Sequence record: NC_047812.1
Direction: 5' to 3' (one strand)
Length of the DNA: 44,234 nt
DNA from: Escherichia phage vB_EcoS_CEB_EC3a
Shown here: piece after piece, positions 1-5,680 of the stretch
How positions within the stretch are numbered: position 1 is the stretch's first letter
Layout: every line of letters starts with the position of its first letter
Notes under the pieces: model-generated
Databases searched by the model: none
What the model was told of the DNA's origin: nothing
The model's input: only the letters and a program-made list of their open reading frames with translations
Translations under genes and position numbers: made by a program

Positions 1-404
1 CTAAGCTGACACGTAACGCCTGTAGCGCGATGTAAGCCAATGCCTATCGTTACGCTAGTTACGCGAAGCTACGCCCAGACTTACACTATAAGTGCCTAAT
101 ATATATATATATCTTCTTTCTATTATTATTATTATTATTAATATTATTGTATGTAAGTCATGTAACAGGGGTCCTGGCGATATCTATATGTTTTTTCCTA
201 TCAGTTATAGCCGAGGCTATAATTTAGGGTATGGTGGGGGTGTTTTGGGGATGTTTGCATCGTTACACGCACGACACGCTACTCACATTGAGCTATAGCT
301 GGGCTGGCATGCCATTTCACGTAACGACCCCCAAAAGTTACCAAGAATTACACTTGACTACACGTGTAAGTCGGGATATTATGGACTCAACTTAAACGAG
401 AGGA
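1..404. repeat. Noncoding iteron/AT-rich module, copy A (paralog of 26380-26770)
   Basis: About 10 copies of ACGTAAC/GTTACG-type 7-9-mers in both orientations, a (TA)n plus (ATT)n tract at 99-150, and the 22-mer ACATTGAGCTATAGCTGGGCTG at 285-306, identical to 26677-26698. ORF 92..298 translates to low-complexity sequence. Confidence 0.8.
354..382 (+). promoter_or_regulatory. Strong sigma70-type early promoter (TTGACT-17 nt-TATTAT)
   Basis: TTGACT at 354-359, a 17-nt spacer, TATTAT at 377-382, followed by the AACGAGAGGAG leader and ATG at 414. Confidence 0.7.
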
Positions 405-413
405 GTGATAGAG

Positions 414-893
414 ATGAGCGAGAAGGTAACATTAGGCCAAGTGATTCGTGAGATGGTAAAAGCAGCGCTTAAGTCTGAGGATAAGCAGATCAGCGTGACA
501 CTCAACAAGATTGAGAGCCTTATTGGTGCCGAAGATGGTGGCCTACACAAGCTTAAGAGCTCATACATCTATAATACAACGGCTCGCATGCCTGAATTGA
601 GAGATGCAGGACTGAAGGCAACTCACCATTATGATGAAGAAAGGGGTATTAATGAATTTACTGGGAGTGAGATACTTGGAGACAAGAAGCTGGTTATCAA
701 ACTGATTCCAGGCTCGGCAAACATTGGAATCAGGAAGAAGACCAACGACGCGATCAAGAATGAGGCAATCACTGAGTTCAAGGCGAAGATTTCTAAGGTG
801 ATGCCAGACCTTTCTGAGTATGAGGGTGAAGCGCTTGCGGCAGCGATGAAGGCCATTAAAGATTACCGATTAATTATTGAGGAGATTAAATAA
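414..893 (+). CDS. Hypothetical early protein (159 aa)
   Basis: ORF track 405..893 starts at GTG. ATG 414 sits 8 nt after AGGAG (401-405). First gene behind the consensus promoter. Confidence 0.75.
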   Translation: MSEKVTLGQVIREMVKAALKSEDKQISVTLNKIESLIGAEDGGLHKLKSSYIYNTTARMPELRDAGLKATHHYDEERGINEFTGSEILGDKKLVIKLIPGSANIGIRKKTNDAIKNEAITEFKAKISKVMPDLSEYEGEALAAAMKAIKDYRLIIEEIK

Positions 894-1414
894 TGTTTGA
901 CTTTAAAGACAAACTAACAAGCGAGCAGATCATCAATATTGCACGTGCTGATGGTTATCCACTATTGCGAGTTGCAATCAATGCCAATGGATATCGTAGC
1001 TAAAATAAGTTCTGGGGTCAGCCTGATGCGTCAGAAGTATACAAAGATGAGGCGCTTGGGGTTCTGATTAAGCTAATCATGAAAATGGCAAGGAACGGCA
1101 AAGGAGTTGTCGGCATCAGATATCTATATGAAGGTGCTCGCAAGCTGAAACCATTTGCTGGGCGCGATGGAATGATGCTAGTGATCAAGGACAAGCTAAT
1201 TCCAGAGCTCGATAAGATGAATGTTACCTGTCTAATTGGAGATAAGGTTTACGTCAACCCTGCCTTGACGGATTTAAGCTGGCAACCAAACTTCAAAACT
1301 TACGAAGGTGAGCATGCTAGTAGACTACCATACCACTTGCGGTACAGTGAGGGTGAAGTGGAGATGGCTGTCGAGTTCTACCGGAAAGCTAAATCACTCC
1401 TGAACGGTGAATAG
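893..1414 (+). pseudogene. Internally deleted, nonsense-interrupted paralog of the 527-aa ATPase (40729..42312)
   Basis: One reading frame. MFDFKDKLTSEQIINIARADGYPLLRVAINANGYRS then TAA (1001-1003), then ...ARNGKGVVGIRYLYEGARKLKPF...CLIGDKVYVNP. These match the N-terminus (MFDFNEDKLSVEQ...RVAINANGYRQ) and C-terminus (GKNGKGVVGIRSLYEAARKVKPF...CLIGDKVYINP) of the full gene. The Walker core is missing. Confidence 0.7.
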
Positions 1415-1454
1415 CACGGATTGCTAAACAATGGATCGGGTAGTCAGCTATAAT
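1412..1454 (+). promoter_or_regulatory. Dyad-promoter module (TAGCACGGATTGCTA-22 nt-TATAAT)
   Basis: Core 1412-1426, 22-nt spacer, TATAAT 1449-1454, leader TACCACATCGACAAC. Confidence 0.65.
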
Positions 1455-1478
1455 TACCACATCGACAACAAAGAGGAA

Positions 1479-1685
1479 ATGAAGATGAAAACTATGATTA
1501 TCGAAGATTTCGCAGGTGACATCACTGAGGTGTCTGCTTCAGTATATTACGACGGCATCGTGAGCATTGACATTGACACGGATAACTTAGGCGATGAAAT
1601 TACTATGTCTCACTATACACCAGAGCAAGCGCGCAAACTGGCGGCGGCATTAATCATGGCGGCGGAAGAGTCAGAGAAGCAATGA
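1479..1685 (+). CDS. Hypothetical small early protein (68 aa)
   Basis: ORF 1431..1685 overlaps its own -10 box. ATG 1479 follows AAGAGGAA. Confidence 0.7.
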   Translation: MKMKTMIIEDFAGDITEVSASVYYDGIVSIDIDTDNLGDEITMSHYTPEQARKLAAALIMAAEESEKQ

Positions 1686-1698
1686 ATGAGAAATTATA

Positions 1699-1917
1699 AT
1701 GCAAGTATATACGAATAGTAATGGCGTAGAGTATTGTGTTGTTTACGGAGTGGTTCTTCGCACTGTTGGTGGCCTCGGGATCATCAACATTTCAGTGATC
1801 AAGCCTGAATCACTGGTGAAAGGAATCCAGGCCGGAATCTTCAGCTTTCACTCAACGCTGACGGCTAAGCAGTATGTTACCCTCGCCAACGCGGTTAAGT
1901 ACGGTTTTATCAAATAG
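1699..1917 (+). CDS. Hypothetical small early protein (72 aa)
   Basis: ORF track. The stop TAG is the first triplet of the next dyad module. Confidence 0.6.
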   Translation: MQVYTNSNGVEYCVVYGVVLRTVGGLGIINISVIKPESLVKGIQAGIFSFHSTLTAKQYVTLANAVKYGFIK

Positions 1918-1958
1918 CACTTTTTGTTAAAAAGGGGATTCATCCTGACTGGTGTAAT
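1915..1958 (+). promoter_or_regulatory. Dyad-promoter module, variant half-site (TAGCACTTTTTGTTA-23 nt-TGTAAT)
   Basis: Core 1915-1929, TGTAAT 1953-1958, leader CCCCACATCAACCAAAC. Confidence 0.45.
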
Positions 1959-2110
1959 CCCCACATCAACCAAACAAATGGAAGTTAAGTGACCATATAC
2001 GAACATAAATTCAGCAGTAGGGGTATTGATATGCTCCTGCACTATTTAGACGAAAAATACGCAAATCTCATGCTTAAGGCGCATGGTGGAACAATAACGA
2101 GGATTGAGAT

Positions 2111-2371
2111 ATGAGCAAGTACGACCGCGAGATTATTGGTATTGATGGCACAGTAACAACAGTAGATGTTTATCGCGTTCTTGATGCGTTCAGCGTATCT
2201 GACCCAGCCACTCAGCATGCGGTAAAGAAGATGCTTTGTATGGGGTTGCGTGGACACAAGGATTACATAACCGACCTTAACGACTCAATCGAGTCATTAC
2301 AGAAAGCCAAGGAGCTTTACGGGCAAAAGATGATTCATCAATCGGATAAATCAAATCTGCGTGGTAAATAG
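2111..2371 (+). CDS. Hypothetical early protein, DUF3310-like (86 aa)
   Basis: ORF track with SD AACGAGGA. The segment AVKKMLCMGLRGHKDYITDLNDSIESLQKA resembles the DUF3310 family by eye. Stop TAG lies in the next module. Confidence 0.65.
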   Translation: MSKYDREIIGIDGTVTTVDVYRVLDAFSVSDPATQHAVKKMLCMGLRGHKDYITDLNDSIESLQKAKELYGQKMIHQSDKSNLRGK

Positions 2372-2411
2372 CACGAATTGCTAAACCCTCTCCGCAGGGT
2401 TTTGTTATAGT
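2369..2411 (+). promoter_or_regulatory. Dyad-promoter module (TAGCACGAATTGCTA-22 nt-TGtTATAGT)
   Basis: Core 2369-2383, 22-nt spacer, extended -10 at 2403-2411. Confidence 0.7.
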
Positions 2412-2440
2412 TAGTTCACACCAAACGAGAGGAAAAAAAG

Positions 2441-2671
2441 ATGATTACAATTAACCTGTCAGAGAAAGATGCGTCAACACTCAAGCAGCTTCTTTCAGGA
2501 AATCCGGTGCACACTAATGTTTATAACTTTGGTGAAGTAGAAAGGGAGGTTATCGCACAAATAAACAACCAGCAATTCGACGTAAGTGACTTCGAAAGTT
2601 CTAGACAATACGAGGCGATGAGCGTCAATGCTGCATACCTGACCAACTGGGATAAGGCGACTAATAAATGA
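2441..2671 (+). CDS. Hypothetical small early protein (76 aa)
   Basis: ORF track; SD AACGAGAGGA upstream. Confidence 0.7.
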   Translation: MITINLSEKDASTLKQLLSGNPVHTNVYNFGEVEREVIAQINNQQFDVSDFESSRQYEAMSVNAAYLTNWDKATNK

Positions 2672-2994
2672 TTTACATCCACACATATGGCGTAGGCAAG
2701 TTCGGAAAAGAGATTCATCGCACTGTTCACGATACGAAGGAATCAGCCGAAGCAGCACAAAAAGTTCTAGGCGGTGAGTTCAAGGCTTACCGCGAATCCG
2801 ATGACTCAGTTGATTGCTGGCGTGTAGAGCACATGCGAAACGTGCTTGAAAGTGAAGTATCCGAGCTTATAGACAACATGACATGTCACGGCCCAGGCGG
2901 TCCATGGGAGGAGCCAGGATCACCGGAATGGGATTGCGAAAAAGTTGAAACTATGAACAAGATTAGCGATATAATTGATGGTGTTTATCAGTGA
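2668..2994 (+). CDS. Hypothetical early protein (108 aa)
   Basis: ORF track; ATGA overlap with the upstream gene. Confidence 0.7.
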   Translation: MIYIHTYGVGKFGKEIHRTVHDTKESAEAAQKVLGGEFKAYRESDDSVDCWRVEHMRNVLESEVSELIDNMTCHGPGGPWEEPGSPEWDCEKVETMNKISDIIDGVYQ

Positions 2995-3088
2995 TTTTTT
3001 GATAAAATGATGCATCCTTAACGCCTCTTGGCAGCAGAAGGTGCTCGGTGGCACAATCAAGGTTTGCGAGATAATTAAAGAATACAAA

Positions 3089-3131
3089 TAGCACTAATTG
3101 CTAAACCATCATTGGGGTAATTTGTTATAGT
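3089..3131 (+). promoter_or_regulatory. Dyad-promoter module (TAGCACTAATTGCTA-22 nt-TGtTATAGT)
   Basis: Core 3089-3103, TATAGT 3126-3131. Confidence 0.7.
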
Positions 3132-3161
3132 TACCACACCCAAACTAACGAGGTTATAAGA

Positions 3162-3266
3162 ATGAGTGAATTAATTAAAACTATCGCGGACTATCCATTT
3201 GCTTCGCTTTTTCTTGCTCTTGCAATATATGAAATTGTAAAGATTATTGTAAAATGTATTAAATAG
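3162..3266 (+). CDS. Small hydrophobic peptide (34 aa, one predicted TM helix)
   Basis: Hand-translated MSELIKTIADYPFASLFLALAIYEIVKIIVKCIK. SD AACGAGG; stop TAG in the next module. Below the ORF-track size cutoff. Confidence 0.6.
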   Translation: MSELIKTIADYPFASLFLALAIYEIVKIIVKCIK

Positions 3267-3306
3267 CACGAATTTCTAAAACATTATCGGGGTATCTTGC
3301 TATAGT
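3264..3306 (+). promoter_or_regulatory. Dyad-promoter module (TAGCACGAATTTCTA-22 nt-TGcTATAGT)
   Basis: Core 3264-3278, TATAGT 3301-3306. Confidence 0.65.
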
Positions 3307-3336
3307 TACCCCATCAAAACGAAACAGGAAGCAGAA

Positions 3337-3516
3337 ATGAAATTTCAACAAGGCGAGCCAAAGCTACAAGCCAACCACTTCGACGGCTACGCAACATTCA
3401 TCATTGCTCAGGCTTTCGGAATGCGTGAAGACCCACAGGTTCACACCATTCACATGACTGAAGAGCAGGCCCGAGAGTTGGCATACGAAATTCTAGAGCA
3501 ATTGAATAAGATTTAA
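3337..3516 (+). CDS. Hypothetical small early protein (59 aa)
   Basis: Hand-translated MKFQQGEPKLQANHFDGYATFIIAQAFGMRED...; SD CAGGAAGC. Confidence 0.65.
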   Translation: MKFQQGEPKLQANHFDGYATFIIAQAFGMREDPQVHTIHMTEEQARELAYEILEQLNKI

Positions 3517-3567
3517 CGCGCACAAAACGCATTCTTACGAACAATAATTTAAGTAAGGTGATTAATC

Positions 3568-3693
3568 ATGGAAGTGCAAGAGAGCGCCGTAGAGTGGTGC
3601 AAGAGAATGCAGGACGAAGCTAAGACGGGTGAAGAGGCGATGGCTTACTACGAGATGGCGCAAATGTGGATGGAACGGGAGAAGAAAGAATGA
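3568..3693 (+). CDS. Hypothetical small protein (41 aa)
   Basis: Hand-translated MEVQESAVEWCKRMQDEAKTGEEAMAYYEMAQMWMEREKKE; SD AAGGTG. Confidence 0.5.
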   Translation: MEVQESAVEWCKRMQDEAKTGEEAMAYYEMAQMWMEREKKE

Positions 3694-3833
3694 GTTTCAC
3701 TGAATACGTGATCGCATGCGAGCGACTGGTCTTTGATATGAAAACCTTCCACTGGTTCATCATTAAGGATTTAATCAAGCCTTATAAGCAGGGCGTTACG
3801 CCGGAGCGGTTTGTTAAGTCATTTTATAAATAG
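3690..3833 (+). CDS. Hypothetical small protein (47 aa)
   Basis: ATGA overlap with the upstream ORF; stop TAG is in the next module. Confidence 0.5.
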   Translation: MSFTEYVIACERLVFDMKTFHWFIIKDLIKPYKQGVTPERFVKSFYK

Positions 3834-3873
3834 CACGAATTGCTCAACGCAGTCGACACGGATGGCATATAAT
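3831..3873 (+). promoter_or_regulatory. Dyad-promoter module (TAGCACGAATTGCTC-22 nt-TATAAT)
   Basis: Core 3831-3845, TATAAT 3868-3873. Confidence 0.65.
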
Positions 3874-3903
3874 CACCTTACCAACACAACGAGAGATTGA
3901 GAC

Positions 3904-4044
3904 ATGAAGAACACATATAAATTTTATTATGAAGAAGAGTTTGTGGATGATTTAATTTACTTCAATGAGAAATATGGCGACGAGTTCGTCTGCAATGGGG
4001 ATGAAATGGAAGTGACTGCAAGCTTCAGTAGGGGGTTGAATTAA
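3904..4044 (+). CDS. Hypothetical small acidic protein (46 aa)
   Basis: Hand-translated MKNTYKFYYEEEFVDDLIYFNEKYGDEF...; SD AACGAGAGA. Confidence 0.55.
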   Translation: MKNTYKFYYEEEFVDDLIYFNEKYGDEFVCNGDEMEVTASFSRGLN

Positions 4045-4283
4045 TGTTCGGATTATCAGAAGCGCACTTTAACGCAGTTAAACGTCAGGCTGCAAAGTTG
4101 AACGAAGAGTACAGCAAGTTATCGCCAAAGCAGCGCAAGGATGATAAGCAGGTTGCAGCATTGATTTCGAAGATGTGGGAGCCAGTTTTTACAATCATTA
4201 GTCGGGACCGTTTTGTTTGGACTAGCGGATATCTTAAGGGACGTGTTGGTCATGACGAGAATGGGAATAGCCTTTATGAGTAA
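4044..4283 (+). CDS. Hypothetical early protein (79 aa)
   Basis: ORF track; TAATG overlap with the upstream gene. Confidence 0.7.
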   Translation: MFGLSEAHFNAVKRQAAKLNEEYSKLSPKQRKDDKQVAALISKMWEPVFTIISRDRFVWTSGYLKGRVGHDENGNSLYE

Positions 4284-4383
4284 GTTCATCGATTGCGTTA
4301 TTTACACGCTATGCGTAGCGCTGGCTTCGGCTTCGGTTATGTTAATCATTGCGGCGATTATGATGATGTTGGGGTATGTATGA
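4276..4383 (+). CDS. Small hydrophobic peptide (35 aa)
   Basis: Hand-translated MSKFIDCVIYTLCVALASASVMLIIAAIMMMLGYV; overlaps the upstream stop. Confidence 0.4.
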   Translation: MSKFIDCVIYTLCVALASASVMLIIAAIMMMLGYV

Positions 4384-4445
4384 GTGAGTTAACAATCTGG
4401 TTTATCGCGGGGCTGATTACTTGGGCTTACTTTTTAATCGTTTAG
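4380..4445 (+). CDS. Small hydrophobic peptide (21 aa)
   Basis: Hand-translated MSELTIWFIAGLITWAYFLIV; ATGA coupling to the previous micro-ORF. Confidence 0.3.
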   Translation: MSELTIWFIAGLITWAYFLIV

Positions 4446-4466
4446 ATGGAGATTGTTAAAAAGAGC

Positions 4467-4495
4467 TTGCATCACTGACCGGAATTATCTAATAT
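4467..4495 (+). promoter_or_regulatory. Sigma70-type promoter for the RNA gene cluster (TTGCAT-17 nt-TAATAT)
   Basis: TTGCAT 4467-4472, 17-nt spacer, TAATAT 4490-4495. Confidence 0.6.
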
Positions 4496-4504
4496 TAACC
4501 ACGT

Positions 4505-4661
4505 AGACAAACGAGGCCACCAGGTGGCAACGGCGCACGGAGCGCAACTACTAAGTCCGTTGCTCATTAAGTAGCGTAGGCGGCATTAAGACCTAGCGCA
4601 AATAGGCAGATTAACCGGCTGTATCAGGCAGCCCCGGAGCCGTAACCGGGAATCATCAAAA
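4505..4661 (+). ncRNA. Structured ~150-nt leader/unknown RNA preceding the tRNAs
   Basis: No credible ORF. Palindrome GCCACCAGGTGGC, 7-bp stem GCAACGG...CCGTTGC (4528-4564) enclosing GCGC-acgga-GCGC, direct repeats CATTAAG..TAGCG, hairpin CCCGG-agccgtaa-CCGGG. Confidence 0.3.
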
Positions 4662-4736
4662 GCTCTGCTAGCTCAACAGGACAGCAGCAACGACCTTCTA
4701 AGTCGTAGGTTACTGGTTCGAATCCAGTGCGGAGCG
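4662..4736 (+). tRNA. tRNA-Arg (anticodon UCU)
   Basis: Hand-folded cloverleaf. 7-bp acceptor GCTCTGC/GCGGAGC, anticodon stem ACGAC/GTCGT with loop CTTCTAA, T arm ACTGG-TTCGAAT-CCAGT, CCA encoded at 4737-4739. Confidence 0.85.
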
Positions 4737-4745
4737 CCAAATTAA

Positions 4746-4844
4746 CGTCGCGTTGCTAATGTTGGTTAAAGGGTGGAGCTTATACCTCCATAAAGCAATC
4801 TCCAGATAAGAGATGTAACGCAGGTTCGATTCCTGCCGCGACGA
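4746..4844 (+). tRNA. Aberrant 99-nt tRNA-like gene (possible Ile anticodon UAU or GAU; may be a pseudo-tRNA)
   Basis: Perfect 7-bp acceptor CGTCGCG/CGCGACG, canonical T arm GCAGG-TTCGATT-CCTGC, CCA encoded. The D region is poor, and two competing anticodon hairpins exist (TGGAG-CTTATAC-CTCCA and ATCTC-CAGATAA-GAGAT). Confidence 0.5.
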
Positions 4845-4862
4845 CCAATAAAGGAGTTCATT

Positions 4863-5045
4863 ATGTGGGATGTGAAGTTGTCCATTCGCTTAATGGGCCG
4901 CTCGTGCAAGAATTGCACTCAAGATTATATCGCGTCAGTTGCCGCAATCAGCGCTGAGGATGCGGTAGCGAAAGTAAAGGATATGTCAGGCGCTGACCCT
5001 GACACCCACAAATTCCTGGTAGCTTACGTTCGTGAGCAAAAGTAA
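4863..5045 (+). CDS. Hypothetical protein (60 aa)
   Basis: ORF track; SD AAAGGAG 6 nt upstream. Confidence 0.65.
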   Translation: MWDVKLSIRLMGRSCKNCTQDYIASVAAISAEDAVAKVKDMSGADPDTHKFLVAYVREQK

Positions 5046-5058
5046 AAAGTGTTATACC

Positions 5059-5085
5059 CTCGTTAAGTTTCGTTTCTCTCGTTGT
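5059..5085 (+). ncRNA. Anti-leader segment complementary to the shared early-gene leader/SD
   Basis: CTCGTTAAGTTTCGTTTCTCTCGTTG is the reverse complement of CAACGAGAGAAACGAAACTTAACGAG, i.e. the motifs AACGAGAG, GAAACGAAAC and TTAACGAG found in the module leaders. It lies directly upstream of terminator 5091-5113. Confidence 0.35.
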
Positions 5086-5090
5086 TTTTA

Positions 5091-5113
5091 GCCCTCGCTT
5101 GAGGGCTTTTTTT
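5091..5113 (+). terminator. Intrinsic terminator
   Basis: GCCCTC-gctt-GAGGGC followed by T7. Confidence 0.8.
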
Positions 5114-5124
5114 CGTCTGCAATA

Positions 5125-5133
5125 TGGTATAAT
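5125..5133 (+). promoter_or_regulatory. Extended -10 promoter (TGgTATAAT) for the packaging/head operon
   Basis: TGGTATAAT lies 24 nt upstream of the terS ATG; SD AAGGAGG. Confidence 0.5.
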
Positions 5134-5156
5134 CTGACCTCAACAAAGGAGGATTT

Positions 5157-5663
5157 ATGAGCAAAGCAGCATTAAAGATGGGCGAGGGAAATTTCAAGGC
5201 GCTCTACAACAAGAAGTATGGCGATATTGCTATGGTGGCAATCAACCGCAAGTACACGCCGGAAGAGGTATTTGACTTTGCCGTTCGATACTTCTCCTGG
5301 GCTGAGAGTGAGGCAATCAAAGCCATTGAGACGGCGGCATTCCATGGAGTTGTCAGTGAAAACCTTGTACACAAGCCTAGGGTGTTCACATTAACCGGGC
5401 TGGCGCTATTTATGGGTGTTAACATCAATAGATTCGCTCGGTGGCGTACTGAGGCTGGGTACTCTGATGTGATGGAATTCATTGATAGCGTAATCTACGA
5501 GCAGAAATATCAGCTTGGCGTTGCGGGTATCATCAACTCCACAATCGTTGGTAAAGAACTTGGCATTGATAAGCCGCAGGAGATTACCATTAGCAACAAC
5601 TCAACAGCTAACGATGTTGACAGTATGAAGGAAGCTCTGGAATCTGTAATTAGCAAGCTATAA
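5157..5663 (+). CDS. terS: Terminase small subunit
   Basis: 168 aa immediately upstream of TerL. HTH-like segment FTLTGLALFMGVNINRFARWR, typical of small terminases. Confidence 0.75.
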   Translation: MSKAALKMGEGNFKALYNKKYGDIAMVAINRKYTPEEVFDFAVRYFSWAESEAIKAIETAAFHGVVSENLVHKPRVFTLTGLALFMGVNINRFARWRTEAGYSDVMEFIDSVIYEQKYQLGVAGIINSTIVGKELGIDKPQEITISNNSTANDVDSMKEALESVISKL

Positions 5664-5680
5664 CAATAAGAGGGTATAAC

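Noticed and set aside
92-298. ORF-track CDS (68 aa) across the (TA)n/(ATT)n tract
   Set aside because: The translation is low-complexity (IYIYLLSIIIIIINIIV). There is no SD, and it lies inside the iteron/AT-rich module that is duplicated at 26380-26770 without frame conservation.
2031-2114. 27-codon ORF (MLLHYLDEKYANLMLKAHGGTITRIEI) coupled by ATGA to 2111..2371, and a 4-codon ORF at 1970
   Set aside because: The SD is weak and the ORFs are very short. They may be real upstream ORFs, but the sequence alone does not support a call.
4524-4574. 16-codon GTG ORF behind an ACGAGG SD in the tRNA-operon leader
   Set aside because: It lies entirely within strong predicted secondary structure, and the region looks like RNA rather than coding sequence.
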